Part shown: positions 19,523-29,936 of the stretch, piece after piece
Position numbering within the stretch: position 1 is the stretch's first letter
How the letters are laid out: each line of letters begins with the position of its first letter
Origin: Alphaproteobacteria bacterium
GTDB taxonomy: Bacteria > Pseudomonadota > Alphaproteobacteria > UBA2966
Length of the DNA: 64,000 nucleotides
Assembly (NCBI GenBank): GCA_964291395.2
Contig: OZ219856.1
Span: 672,001-736,000, forward strand
Reading direction: 5' to 3'
The notes under the pieces: model-generated
What the model was told of the DNA's origin: nothing
Seen by the model: only the letters and a program-made list of their open reading frames with translations
Databases searched by the model: none
Made by a program: the position numbers and the translations under genes

Positions 19523-21670
19523 GTGGGCCGGCAAACCGAAGAAACCCTCCCGGCCGATCGGGCCGATCCGCTGGCCATGCTGTTCTCCGCCCGTTCGATC
19601 GCGGTGGTGGGCGCGTCCCGGTCGGAGGACTCCGTCGGCGGGCGCCCGATCAAGTACTTGCGCCGGTACGGCTTCGACGGACGGATCTACCCCGTCACGC
19701 CCCGGTACGACTCCGTCGGCGGGCTCCGGTGCTACGCGTCGGTTCGCGATATCCCGGGCCCGGTCGATCTGGCCCTTCTGGCGGTGTCCGCCGGGCGCGT
19801 TCCGGAAATTCTCGAGGACTGTGCGGCCAAGGGCGTTCCGACCGTCATCCTCTTCAGCGCCGGTTTCGCCGAACTGGGCGACGGCGGGCGTGAGGCGCAG
19901 GCGCGGCTCGTGGAGCGCGCGGAACGGCTCGGTGTGCGCATCTGCGGGCCGAACTCCATGGGCACGATCAATCTGCGATCCGGCCTGACGGCGACCTTCA
20001 GCGCCGTGCTGGAACGCACGCACCGCGCCGGACCGCTCGCTCTCGTTTCCCAGAGCGGGATGTACGGCGCTTATATCCTCGCCCAGGCGACGGCCCTCGA
20101 CCTTGGCCTCGGCCTCTTCGCCACGACCGGCAACGAGGCGGACATCGAGCTGTCCGAAGTGCTGGATCACTTCGTCCGCGATCCCGAGACGCGCGCCGTG
20201 CTGGCTTACGTGGAGCAGATTCGGGACGGCGACGCGTTCGTCCGCGCCGCCGAGACCGCCCTGGAAGAGGACCGGCCCGTCGTGATCGTCAAGGTCGGCA
20301 AGAGCGACGTCGGGGCGCGGACGGCGCGGTCCCATACCGGTGCGATCGTGGGGTCTCACGACGCCTACGAGGCCGTCTTCCGGCAGTATGGACTCATCTC
20401 CGTGGACACCGTCGACGAGATGCTCGACATCGCGCGGCTCGTCGACTACGGGATCTTTCCCACGGGAAACAGGGTCGGGATCGTAAGCCTGTCGGGCGGC
20501 GCGGCGGTCATGCTGGCCGACGCCTGCGCCGCGTCGGGACTGGAAGTGCCGGCGTTGCCGGAGGACGTCCAGGCCGGCCTCAAGCGGCGGGTTCCCTTCG
20601 CCGGGGTGGCCAATCCCATCGACGCCACGGGGCAGCTGTTCAACGAACCCGGTATCTACAAGGAGTTTCTGGGAGCGCTGGTCGCTCAAGAGAACATCGA
20701 TACGCTCGTCCTCTTTTTCGGCCAGATGATCGGTTACGTGGAAGAGCTCGGCTCCACGGTGGCCGGCGAGTCCGTGAAGGCGGCGCGGGACAGCGGAAAG
20801 CCGTTCGTGATGGTCGCGATGCCGGGCGACGGCCGGGCGGCCCGGATGCTGAAGGAAGGGGGCATTCCTCATCTCACCGATCCCGACCGCGCCGTTCGGG
20901 CGGTGGCGGCGCTCGCCGCCTATGTCGAACGGCGGGAGACCCTCCTGCGGCGCAGGCGGACCGCACGGGGGGTCGACATCGCCGCCATTCCCCGCGCCGA
21001 GGTCGACACGGAATTCGGCGCCAAGAGGTTTCTCGCCGGACACGGGATCCGGGTGACCCGGGAGCGCCTCGCGCGAACCCCGGCGGAAGCGGTGAGCCGC
21101 GCCGGGGCGCTCGGTTATCCGGTCGCCCTCAAGGTCGATTCTCCCGACATCGCGCACAAGACGGATGTCGGCGCCGTCAGGCTCGGCCTGCACGATGCGG
21201 CCTCGGTCGAGGGCGCCTTCGGCGAGATCCTGCGCGCCGTGGCGGACCGGGTCCCGGACGCCGAAGTGCGGGGCGTGCTGGTCCAGGAGATGGTGCCGCC
21301 CGGCATCGAGCTCATCCTCGGCATCAAGCGCGACCCGGTGTTCGGACCCATGATTCTCTGCGGCCTGGGCGGCATCCACGCCGAGCTCCTGCGGGACTTC
21401 GCGTTGCGCCGCGCGCCGGTCGACCGGGAGACCGCCGACGAGATGCTGCGCGAACTGCGCGGCTATCCGTTGCTCGAAGGCGCTCGGGGCGGCGAGGCCG
21501 CGGACGTCGACGCGCTGATCGACACGATCGTCGGCCTGTCGCGGATCGCCGTCGGGACGCGGGCGTGGATCGAGGAACTCGACGTCAATCCCGTGATCGT
21601 CCTGCCGCGGGGCGGCGGGTGCGTCGTCGCCGACGCCCTGATCCGCGGCCGGCCCGGAGACGGGGCCTAG
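19523..21670 (+). CDS. ADP-forming acyl-CoA synthetase (acetate-CoA ligase family, fused alpha/beta)
   Basis: SIAVVGAS, GPNSMG, SQSG, SHTGA, HKTDVGAV, ELDVNP. Confidence 0.93.
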   Translation: MGRQTEETLPADRADPLAMLFSARSIAVVGASRSEDSVGGRPIKYLRRYGFDGRIYPVTPRYDSVGGLRCYASVRDIPGPVDLALLAVSAGRVPEILEDCAAKGVPTVILFSAGFAELGDGGREAQARLVERAERLGVRICGPNSMGTINLRSGLTATFSAVLERTHRAGPLALVSQSGMYGAYILAQATALDLGLGLFATTGNEADIELSEVLDHFVRDPETRAVLAYVEQIRDGDAFVRAAETALEEDRPVVIVKVGKSDVGARTARSHTGAIVGSHDAYEAVFRQYGLISVDTVDEMLDIARLVDYGIFPTGNRVGIVSLSGGAAVMLADACAASGLEVPALPEDVQAGLKRRVPFAGVANPIDATGQLFNEPGIYKEFLGALVAQENIDTLVLFFGQMIGYVEELGSTVAGESVKAARDSGKPFVMVAMPGDGRAARMLKEGGIPHLTDPDRAVRAVAALAAYVERRETLLRRRRTARGVDIAAIPRAEVDTEFGAKRFLAGHGIRVTRERLARTPAEAVSRAGALGYPVALKVDSPDIAHKTDVGAVRLGLHDAASVEGAFGEILRAVADRVPDAEVRGVLVQEMVPPGIELILGIKRDPVFGPMILCGLGGIHAELLRDFALRRAPVDRETADEMLRELRGYPLLEGARGGEAADVDALIDTIVGLSRIAVGTRAWIEELDVNPVIVLPRGGGCVVADALIRGRPGDGA

Positions 21671-21682
21671 ACTCGATCGGCT

Positions 21683-22840
21683 CTATTCCCCGACGGCTTT
21701 CGCCAGCCGCTCGTAGGCGTTGATGAAGTCTTCCTTGAAGTCGTGGACGACGTGGCGCACCGACCGGCTGGCGTTCATCAGGCCGACGCCCTGGCCGACC
21801 CAGTAGGTGGCGAGCTCCCGAGCGCCCGCGTGGCCGCCTTCCGACAGTTTCTCGACCTTCTTCAGGGCGGGTTCGGAGATCAGCCGCTGCAGGGGCATGC
21901 CCAGCGGCTCCGGGGCATCCGGCTGCTCCCAGGCATCGGTCCAGGACGAGCGCAGCTGGCGCGAATGCTTGCCGGTGCGGCTCCGGGAGCGGACGGTGTC
22001 GCCGGAGCCGGCCGCCAGCAGTTTCTCCTTGATCACGGGGGAAGTCTCCGCTTCCACGGTGGTCAGCCAGACCGAGCCGGTCCAGGCCCCGGCGGCGCCC
22101 ATGGCCATGCAGGCGGCCATCTGGCGGCCCGTGGCGATTCCGCCCGCCGCCAGGATCGGCGTATCGCCGTATTCCCGGATGGCTTCGTGGATTTCGGGAA
22201 CCAGCACCAGCGTCGAGACGCTGCCGCAGTGGCCGCCGGCTTCCGTCCCGCTGACGACGAGGATGTCGACCCCGGCCTGCACCTGGCGGACGGCATGCGA
22301 TTCGGCGCCGACCAGGGCGGCCACGGCGACGCCGCGTTCCTTCCCCATCTCCAGCATGGGCGGCGGCGGCACGCCGAGGGCGTTGGCGATCAGCTTGATG
22401 GGATGCGAGAAGGCGGCCTCGAGCAACGCCGTGGCGCCTTCCAGGCGGAGGTTGTCGCCCCAGCCCATCAGCTCGCGGCGCGCCGCGTCGTCGACCCCGT
22501 CGGAATTGACGTCATGGGCCTCGAGCACGCCCGCGGCGAACCGCTTGTGTTCCTCGGGGAGCATCGCCAGGAGATCCGCGGGCGACGGCTGCGCGTCCTT
22601 GCCGACGAACGCGTCGGGCACGATCAGGTCGACGCCGTAAGGCATGCCGTCGACGTGTTCGTCGATCCAGTCGAGTTCCCTGTCGAGCTCGCCGGGCGTC
22701 ATCCGCGCCGCCCCCAGGACGCCGAAGCCGCCGGCCTTGCTGACCTCGACGACGACGTCGCGGCAATGGGTGAAGGCGAAGAGCGGGAACTCGATACCCA
22801 GCATCTCGCAAACACGGTTATCCACGGTCTCTCTCCCCAT
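21683..22840 (-). CDS. Nitronate monooxygenase family flavoprotein
   Basis: LGIEFPLFAFTHCRDVV, GTEAGGH, AAGGIATG, GQGVG; start uncertain. Confidence 0.88.
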   Translation of the reverse strand: MGRETVDNRVCEMLGIEFPLFAFTHCRDVVVEVSKAGGFGVLGAARMTPGELDRELDWIDEHVDGMPYGVDLIVPDAFVGKDAQPSPADLLAMLPEEHKRFAAGVLEAHDVNSDGVDDAARRELMGWGDNLRLEGATALLEAAFSHPIKLIANALGVPPPPMLEMGKERGVAVAALVGAESHAVRQVQAGVDILVVSGTEAGGHCGSVSTLVLVPEIHEAIREYGDTPILAAGGIATGRQMAACMAMGAAGAWTGSVWLTTVEAETSPVIKEKLLAAGSGDTVRSRSRTGKHSRQLRSSWTDAWEQPDAPEPLGMPLQRLISEPALKKVEKLSEGGHAGARELATYWVGQGVGLMNASRSVRHVVHDFKEDFINAYERLAKAVGE

Positions 22841-22991
22841 TGCGGGCGCCGGTCCGGCGAGGCGTTCATTCAATCGGCCCCGGCGGCGATCCGTCAAGAA
22901 ACCGCATGGCCGTGCGCCGCGCCGCCGGCCTCGTCGCGGGACCTGCCGTGATGTTGAAGCCCTGGCTTTCCGGTCGTCTCCGCCGCGTGCC

Positions 22992-23087
22992 TCAGTGGAT
23001 CGGGGCGAGGCCCTCGGCGGCCTCCGCTCGGGCGATCAGGTGCGACAGCCGCGCCTTGGCGTCTCCGATATTGACCGTCAGGGGCAT
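22992..23087 (-). pseudogene. Phd/YefM antitoxin N-terminal remnant
   Basis: MPLTVNIGDAKARLSHLIARAEA then early stop; no toxin. Confidence 0.7.
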
Positions 23088-23240
23088 GACGCAGGGCTCC
23101 CATGAAGATGCGACGAAACCTGCCGGCACCGACGCATAGCGGCCGTCATGCGCTTGGTCAACGCTTGGTCCGCCACGAACGGGCCGGACGGGCGTGCTTG
23201 CCCGGGCACGGCGTTCGGCTATCATCGGCCCGCTGACATC

Positions 23241-24392
23241 ATGGCTGCGCTCACGGAAACATGTTGCGTCACCGGCATCGGTGAGACCGCCTATACGCGG
23301 GGCTCCGAGAAAAGCCCCACCGCGCTGCAGATGGAAGCCTCGCTCGCCGCGATCGCCGACGCCGGCCTGTCGCCCGGAGACATCGACGGGGTCATCCCGT
23401 TCTCCACGGGATCGGCGGTGGCCGAGGACTTCATCACCAATTTCGGCATCGAGGACCTGCGCTATTCGGTGACGGCGCCCATGGGCGGCGCCAGCTGCGT
23501 CGCCGCCGTACAGTCGGCCGTCGCCGCGATCTCCGCCGGCATCGCGACCCATGTCCTGCTTCCCATGGGACGCAGGGGCTACTCGGGACCGCGCGCCGCC
23601 GCGCGGGTGGCGGAGTTCCCCCAGTTCCGGATCGTCGGCGAGTTCGAGATGCCCTACGGGGCCGTGGCGCCCGTCCAGCTCTATGCACCCATGGCGCGTC
23701 GCCACATGGCGCTTTACGGCACGACCAGCCGCCAGTTCGCCGAGATCGCGGTGACCACGCGCGCGCATGCGATCCTCAACGGCAACGCGGTGATGACCAG
23801 GCCGATCACCATCGAGGACCACCAGCGGTCGCGCATGATCTCCGACCCGTTCCGTCTGTTCGACTGCAGCGTGGAGAGCGACGGAGGCGCGGCCGTGGTG
23901 ATCAGCGGCGCCGGGCGCGCCCGGGACATGCGCCGGAAGCCGATCTACATCATGGGCGTCGCCGAGGGGCACCCCGATTCGCCGAGCGCCATCACCCAGC
24001 GCCCCGACCTCACCGTTCTCGGCCTCGCCAAGGCGGCGCCCCGGGCCTTCGAGATGGCGGGCGTCGCCCGCGACGACATCGACGTCGCCCAGATTTACGA
24101 CTGTTTCACCTACACGGTGCTTTGCCAGATCGAGGACATGGGGTTCTGCGCCAAGGGCGAGGGCGGGGCCTTCGTCGAAGACGGCGCCCTCGGCCTCGGC
24201 GGCCGGCTGCCGACCAACACCCACGGCGGGCTCCTGTCGCAGTCCCACATGGCCGGGATGAACCATGTCGTCGAATTGACCCGCCAGCTGCGCGGCGACG
24301 GCGGCAGCGCCCAGGTGCCGGACGCCGAGATCGGCCTCGTCACGGGCTACGGCGACATGGGCGACGGTTCCATCGCCATCATGCGCCGGTAG
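23241..24392 (+). CDS. Thiolase-like (SCP2/Ltp2-type) protein
   Basis: GIGET, DCSVESDGGAA, IYDCFT, NTHGGLLS; no canonical thiolase N-terminal Cys motif. Confidence 0.9.
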   Translation: MAALTETCCVTGIGETAYTRGSEKSPTALQMEASLAAIADAGLSPGDIDGVIPFSTGSAVAEDFITNFGIEDLRYSVTAPMGGASCVAAVQSAVAAISAGIATHVLLPMGRRGYSGPRAAARVAEFPQFRIVGEFEMPYGAVAPVQLYAPMARRHMALYGTTSRQFAEIAVTTRAHAILNGNAVMTRPITIEDHQRSRMISDPFRLFDCSVESDGGAAVVISGAGRARDMRRKPIYIMGVAEGHPDSPSAITQRPDLTVLGLAKAAPRAFEMAGVARDDIDVAQIYDCFTYTVLCQIEDMGFCAKGEGGAFVEDGALGLGGRLPTNTHGGLLSQSHMAGMNHVVELTRQLRGDGGSAQVPDAEIGLVTGYGDMGDGSIAIMRR

Positions 24393-24397
24393 GGCCG

Positions 24398-24829
24398 ATG
24401 AGCGCGTCGACCGGGAACCGGCTTCTGCCCCAGCCGACCGAGGACTCCCGGCCCTTCTGGGACGCGCTGAGGTCCCGTCGCCTCGATCTTCAGACCTGCG
24501 CCGATTGCGGGACCGTGCGCCACTATCCGCGCCCGGTCTGCCCCGCCTGCCATTCCATGGCGGTCGTCTGGACGACGGCGAGCGGCCGCGGCAGCGTGCA
24601 CAGCTGGACGGTCTCGCATCAGGCTTTCCACCCGGCCTTCCGGGATTGCCTGCCGATCGTCCTGGCGACGGTCGACCTGGAAGAAGGCGTGCGCATGAAC
24701 TGCCGTCTGGAGGGCGTCGCGCCCGAGGAGATCGAAATCGGTCTCCCGGTCGAGGTCGACTTCGAGGAGGTCGACGACGAGGTGACGCTGCCTTACTTCA
24801 GGCCGCGGCGGGCCGGCGGCTCCGAGTGA
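24398..24829 (+). CDS. DUF35 Zn-ribbon/OB-fold protein
   Basis: PFWDA, CADCG, CPAC, VDLEEGVRM. Confidence 0.92.
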   Translation: MSASTGNRLLPQPTEDSRPFWDALRSRRLDLQTCADCGTVRHYPRPVCPACHSMAVVWTTASGRGSVHSWTVSHQAFHPAFRDCLPIVLATVDLEEGVRMNCRLEGVAPEEIEIGLPVEVDFEEVDDEVTLPYFRPRRAGGSE

Positions 24830-24885
24830 CGGGCCGCCGATCGCCCGCGCCCGCTTCGGACGTCCACCGTAGAAAGCGCCGCTCC

Positions 24886-25338
24886 ATGTCCCTGCTCACA
24901 CCGGAGATCAAGTCCTGGATCGGACACAGCGAGCCGCCGATCACGGTGGAGGTGAGCCGGCGCGAGATCGTCAAGTACGCCGTCGCCACCGAACAGGTGC
25001 GGCAGGTCTATCTCGACGGCGACGAGGCGCCGCCGATGTTCGCCTTCGGCCTGTTCCGGCCGGTGGCGCCGCTGGACGCGCTGGGCCCGGACGGGCTGCC
25101 GCCGATGACCGCCATGCCGGAACTGCCCCTGAAACGGATAATGGCGGGAGGCACCAGGCTGACCATCCACCGTCCGGTCCGCCCCGGCCAGACCTTGGTC
25201 GGCACCCGGTCCATCACGGACATCTTCGAGAAGGAGGGGAGGCAGGGCCCCCTGATATTCGTGGTGACGGAGCTCGCCGTCACGACCGCGGCCGGCGAGC
25301 CGGTGATGGCAGAGACCCAAACCCGGATCGCGAGGTGA
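24886..25338 (+). CDS. MaoC-like hotdog dehydratase subunit
   Basis: EVSRREIVKYAVA, APPMF, MAGG, KEGRQGPLIFV. Confidence 0.85.
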   Translation: MSLLTPEIKSWIGHSEPPITVEVSRREIVKYAVATEQVRQVYLDGDEAPPMFAFGLFRPVAPLDALGPDGLPPMTAMPELPLKRIMAGGTRLTIHRPVRPGQTLVGTRSITDIFEKEGRQGPLIFVVTELAVTTAAGEPVMAETQTRIAR

Positions 25339-25754
25339 CGCCCGTGCCCAGGCTGAGCGAGGTCCGCGTCGGCCAGACGATTCCCGGCCGCAGCCATACA
25401 CCGACCAACGTGTCGCTGTTCCTTTACAACGCCGCGATCTGGAACCCCCATCGCATCCACTACGACGAGAAATACACGACCGAGGTCGAGCGCCATCCCG
25501 GGGTGGTCATCGACGGACCCCTGCAGGGGGATTGGCTGGCCCAGGTGGTCACCAACTGGCTCGGCGACGGCGGCTCGCTTCTCGAGTTCGAGTACTCGAA
25601 CCGCAAGGCCTGCTTTCTCGGCCAGACCCTCGTCTCCGGCGGCGAGATCGAATCCGTCGACCCGGCGAGCGGGCGCGTGGGGCTCAGGCTCTTCGTCAAG
25701 GACGAGGCCGGCGACGTGACGTCCCCCGGCTCGGCGGTGGTCCGCCTCGATTGA
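25335..25754 (+). CDS. MaoC-like hotdog hydratase catalytic subunit
   Basis: LFLYNAAIWNPHRIHYD...VVIDGPLQ; GTGA overlap. Confidence 0.85.
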   Translation: MTPVPRLSEVRVGQTIPGRSHTPTNVSLFLYNAAIWNPHRIHYDEKYTTEVERHPGVVIDGPLQGDWLAQVVTNWLGDGGSLLEFEYSNRKACFLGQTLVSGGEIESVDPASGRVGLRLFVKDEAGDVTSPGSAVVRLD

Positions 25755-25807
25755 CGGGAACCGCCGCGGCTCGGCGCGGCGCGGGGGCTACGGCGTCGGC
25801 GGCGCGG

Positions 25808-26642
25808 TCACGGGCCTCGGCGCTTTTCCCGATACGCGTCCAGCCATTTTCCCGTGGCGGCGAACGAGAGGCGGGCGATCTCTTCGTAGCCGACCGCTTC
25901 GCGCAACGTCGTTCTCGGCGCTTCCACCGATATCGGTATCCCGTCCGGCAGTTCCGCCATCAGCCCGTACAGGTCGAGACCGCCGTCGCCCGGGAACAGC
26001 CGTTCGAACCGGCCCTGGTGAAGGAGGCCGTCCGCCGTGTCGGGCCGGTCTTTTGGGGCGTCGCACAACTGGACGTAGCGGAATCGGCTTTCCGGCAGGG
26101 AAGCCAGCTGGTCCGTCCTCGGCGCCGGTGCGGTCGAAATGGATCGCGTCGATCATCAGGTGGGCGTTGGGCGCGTCTGCCGCGGCCACGATTCGCTCCG
26201 CCTGCTCGAGGGTGGCGACCCCGGGTGTCCAGGGCATGAACTCCAGATGGAAATCCAGCCCGTATGTCCTGCCGAATTCGCACAATCCCGACAGGCGGTC
26301 CACGTTCAGGGACTCGTCGGCGGCATCCGACGTGACGAGAACCTGCGCGGCGCCGAGCTGCCCCATCGCGTCGAACACCGGCGCGAGGTCGGCCGGGTCG
26401 TCGAACCTGTCGAGCTTGACGTTTTCGACGTCGAGCACGGAGAGCCCCGTGTCGCGCAGTCGCGACAGCGTTTCCCTCAGCATCTCCGACCCCACGTTCA
26501 TGGGAAACGGCCGCTCGCCCGGCAGAGCCGGCACCAGCCGAAGGCCCACCGCGTCGTAACCCGCGTCCGCGGCAAGGGTGACGTGATCCGGCGGGGCCAG
26601 ACCGACGACGGTGAGGTAAGCGAGCGATATCCGTTGCTTCAT
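25808..26642 (-). pseudogene. Xylose-isomerase-like TIM-barrel protein with a frameshift near 26115
   Basis: AADAGYDAVGLRL, LEFMPW, IDAIHFDR in one frame; YVQLCDAP, RLFPGDGGLDL, ISVEAP in another. Confidence 0.8.
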
Positions 26643-26739
26643 CTGGCGGCCCGTCAACTTTCGAAAGACAGCGCGTGGATCGATCGGTGCGGCGTCATGA
26701 CGATTGAAGACGTCCTTCCGTGTTGATCCCGCCCGCGCC

Positions 26740-27144
26740 TCAATCCTGCTCCGGCGACTTCGGAACGGACTCGAGGCCGTTCACCCAGGGCATCGCCGAA
26801 TTGCACCAGATCTGGCGCTTGGGCGGCAGCTGCGCGCGCTGATTGGCGGTGCCCGTGCGGAGGCTGATCAGCCTGGGTCCAGGTCCGACCAGCACGCCGT
26901 ACATTTGGGTGCCGCATTCCGGACAGAACACGAGAGCCCGGAGATAGCCGCTCGCGGCGACCTTGGTGTACGTCTTGACCTCCCCCGTCATTTGGAAGTC
27001 GGACTCCGGCACCCGGAGATTGGTGCGATAGGCGCTGCCGGAAATGGCCTGGCAGTCGGTGCAATGGCAGACGGTGACGTTTTCGGGATCGACCGTCGCG
27101 ACATAGCGGATCCGGCCGCAGTGGCATTGACCATCGATTTTCAT
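26740..27144 (-). CDS. GFA (Mss4-like, Zn-binding) family protein
   Basis: GQCHCG, CHCTDCQ, FCPECGT. Confidence 0.93.
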   Translation of the reverse strand: MKIDGQCHCGRIRYVATVDPENVTVCHCTDCQAISGSAYRTNLRVPESDFQMTGEVKTYTKVAASGYLRALVFCPECGTQMYGVLVGPGPRLISLRTGTANQRAQLPPKRQIWCNSAMPWVNGLESVPKSPEQD

Positions 27145-27184
27145 CGCAACTCCCCAACCATGCGCCGCGCGCACGACCCTCACC

Positions 27185-27206
27185 GCCGGGAACCCGGGTT
27201 CCCGGC
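27185..27206. repeat. Perfect 22-bp palindrome in divergent promoter region
   Basis: GCCGGGAACCC|GGGTTCCCGGC. Confidence 0.6.
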
Positions 27207-27362
27207 ACGGGGTTTCCGTAGCCGATACCCGGGATGCGGACACTGGCGACCTGATACTATCACGACGGATGGTTCAGCGGCGCGTTCCCGGACCCGCCTC
27301 CCCGCGGGCGAGGCCGGAGCGTCGAACCGCCGTGCGCAATTCAGCCCCGGTATCCTGCGGAC

Positions 27363-28577
27363 ATGAAACCCCCGATCTGGCGACGTCCCGTGTTCGTGCT
27401 TGTCTGCGGGACCCTGATCGTCTTCACCTCTCTGGGAATTCGAAACTGCTTCGGTATTTTTCTGCGACCCATCAGCGTCGACATGGGCTGGGGCCGCGAG
27501 GCCCTGTCGTTGGCGCTGGCGACGCAGGCCCTGCTGGTCGGGGCCGCCGCACCCTTCGCCGGGATGCTCGCCGACCGCTGGGGCGCCCCCCGGGTCATCA
27601 TGATCGGCGGCGTGCTGTTCTCGTCCGGCGTGTTCCTGATGGCGCAGTCCACCACCCCGGAAGGCATGCTCGCGAGCGGCGGCGTGCTGGCCGGCCTCGG
27701 TCTCGGCGCATGCGGTTTTCCCCTGGTCCTCGCCGTCGTCGGCCAGATCGCGCCCGACGCCAAGCGGAGCCTGTGGCTGGGTATCGCGTCGGCCGGCGGT
27801 ATCGGAGGCCAGCTTTTCCTCATCCCGCTGAGCCAGTTCCTGGTGTCCAGCTACGACTGGGTCGTCGGCTTGACCGCGCTGGCGGTGATCGCCGGCGTCA
27901 TCGTCCCGCTCGCCTACTCGACTTCCCACGCCGTGTCCGAGACGACCGGCAAGGACACGACCATGAGCCTTGCCGCGGCGCTCGGCGAGGCCGCGGGCCA
28001 TCGCGGTTTCCTGCTGCTGACGCTCGGGTTCCTGGTCTGCGGATTCCAGGTCCAATTCCTGAGCGCGCATCTGCCGGCCTACCTCGTCGACATGGGACTC
28101 GGCGCCTATTTCGCCGCGTCGATGCTGGTGGTGATCGCGCTTGCCAACATGATCGGCGGCGTGGGTTTCGGCTACCTGGGGGGACGCTTCTCCAAGAAGA
28201 AACTGCTGAGCGCGATCTACATGGGGCGGGCCGTCGTGATCTATGTCTTCATCTCGCTGCCCGTCACCCATGCTTCCGTCTTGGCCTTCGCCGCCGCGAT
28301 CGGATTCCTCTGGCTGTGCACGATCCCGCTGACGGTCGGCCTCGTCGGACAGATCTTCGGCGTGCGTTACGTGGCCGTGCTGTACGGCATCACGTTTTTC
28401 AGCCATCAGGTGGGCAGCTTTGCCGGCGTCTGGCTGGGCGGCCGGCTGTTCGACTCCACGGGAAGTTACGGCACGGTCTGGTGGCTTCTCATCGGCCTGG
28501 GCGTCGTCGCGTCCCTCCTGCACATGCCGATCGACGACCGGCCCGTGCCGCGCCTGGCCGGCAACGGAACGACGTGA
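27363..28577 (+). CDS. MFS transporter
   Basis: About 12 hydrophobic segments, GMLADRWGAPR motif A, HQVGSFAG. Confidence 0.93.
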   Translation: MKPPIWRRPVFVLVCGTLIVFTSLGIRNCFGIFLRPISVDMGWGREALSLALATQALLVGAAAPFAGMLADRWGAPRVIMIGGVLFSSGVFLMAQSTTPEGMLASGGVLAGLGLGACGFPLVLAVVGQIAPDAKRSLWLGIASAGGIGGQLFLIPLSQFLVSSYDWVVGLTALAVIAGVIVPLAYSTSHAVSETTGKDTTMSLAAALGEAAGHRGFLLLTLGFLVCGFQVQFLSAHLPAYLVDMGLGAYFAASMLVVIALANMIGGVGFGYLGGRFSKKKLLSAIYMGRAVVIYVFISLPVTHASVLAFAAAIGFLWLCTIPLTVGLVGQIFGVRYVAVLYGITFFSHQVGSFAGVWLGGRLFDSTGSYGTVWWLLIGLGVVASLLHMPIDDRPVPRLAGNGTT

Positions 28578-28606
28578 ACGGCCCGACCCGGGACGAGCGG
28601 CACGGC

Positions 28607-29821
28607 TCATCCCATGACGTCGTCGACGCTTTCGATCCTCGGGCGGGCCACCTCCGGCAGCGTGGGCACGGACTTGAGCCCGGAACCGGTGTCGACCAGG
28701 ACCACCCGTTCGCCCCCGCCCACCAGCCCGGATCGAAGCGCCTTCTTCAGGCCGGCGAGCGTGGTCGCCGCCTCGGGGCAGGCGAAGATGCCTTCCAGCG
28801 CCGCGAGCTCGGCCACCGCCTCCAGGGCCTCGTCCGCGGACACGGCGACGCCGCCGCCGCCGGTGTCGCGCATCAGGCGCAGGATCTGCTTGCCCGCCGC
28901 GGGCGTCGGCGACTTCAGGCCGCCCGGCGGGATGTCGATCTCGCCCCAGGGTTCGCAGGCCTCGCGGCCCTGCTCGAACGCCTTCACGATCGGCGCGCAG
29001 CCCTCGTATTGGGTGACGATCATGCGCGGCGGCTTGCCGCCCACCCAGCCGAGCGCGGCGAGCTCCTCGAGGCCCTTCCAGATCGCGACCGCGCCCGTGC
29101 CGCCGCCCACGGGATAGACGATGACGTCCGGCATCTCCCAGCCGAGCTGCTCCGCGATCTCGTATCCCATGGTCTTCTTGCCTTCGGTGCGGAACGGCTC
29201 CTTCATCGTGCCGACGTCGAACCAGCCGTGTCGCGCGGAGAGCTCGGAGACCATGCCGCCGGCCTCGTGCCAGCGGTCCGCCGCCAGCAAGAAGCTGCCG
29301 GCGCCCGAAAGGCCGCACTGCTTGACGCTGCCGGGCTGCACGTCCGTGGGCAGGATCGAGATGCAGCGCATGCCGGCGCGCGCCGCATAGAGGCTGAACG
29401 CGGCGCCGGCGTTCCCCGAGCTGTTGAGGACGACCGTGCCCACGCCGAGCTCCCGGTACCGGCTGAGCGCCACCGCGGCGCCGCGGTCCTTGAACGATCC
29501 CGTGGGGCATACGCCCTCGTTCTTCACCCAGAGCTCGCCGCAGCCGATCGCTTGCGCGAGCCGGTCCGTGCGGTGGAGCGGCGTCCAGCCTTCGCCCAGG
29601 GTCACCGCTCGGTCGACGTCGGCGACCGGGAGGAGGGGGCCGTAGCGCCACAGGGACGCGGGCCCCCGGGCGGCGTCCTCCTTCGAGAGCTCCTCGCGGG
29701 CGCGGTCGAGGTCGTAGCGGGCGTAGAGCAGTCCGCCGTCTCGGCACACGTTGGGTTGCGGGACGTCGGCGGGGAGTCGTTCATGGCACTCCGAGCACTC
29801 GAGATGGTCAAGGTACGTCAT
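28607..29821 (-). CDS. Threonine-synthase-like PLP enzyme (fold type II)
   Basis: LGEGWTPL, PTGSFKDRG, SSGNAG, EGKKTMGYE, PVGGGTG; N-terminal CxxC. Confidence 0.88.
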   Translation of the reverse strand: MTYLDHLECSECHERLPADVPQPNVCRDGGLLYARYDLDRAREELSKEDAARGPASLWRYGPLLPVADVDRAVTLGEGWTPLHRTDRLAQAIGCGELWVKNEGVCPTGSFKDRGAAVALSRYRELGVGTVVLNSSGNAGAAFSLYAARAGMRCISILPTDVQPGSVKQCGLSGAGSFLLAADRWHEAGGMVSELSARHGWFDVGTMKEPFRTEGKKTMGYEIAEQLGWEMPDVIVYPVGGGTGAVAIWKGLEELAALGWVGGKPPRMIVTQYEGCAPIVKAFEQGREACEPWGEIDIPPGGLKSPTPAAGKQILRLMRDTGGGGVAVSADEALEAVAELAALEGIFACPEAATTLAGLKKALRSGLVGGGERVVLVDTGSGLKSVPTLPEVARPRIESVDDVMG

Positions 29822-29936
29822 GGCGCTTCCTTGCGGGTTGATCGGAAGGTCGGTACAGGTGTCCGCGTCGAAGGAGTTTAGCCCGCCCGGCGGGCGTGCA
29901 CGCCGATTACTTGCGGCGCGCGACCGGTGACATGGC

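Noticed and set aside
22851-23232. Possible direct repeats around the lone phd remnant (GGCGTTC...ATCGGCCC)
   Set aside because: Too short and gapped to distinguish from chance in GC-rich DNA
27269-29881. Very long alternative-frame/antisense ORFs (e.g. 27269..29881, 27180..29747, 31960..34158, 52372..54702)
   Set aside because: Shadow ORFs expected in high-GC DNA; they overlap well-supported genes and show no motifs
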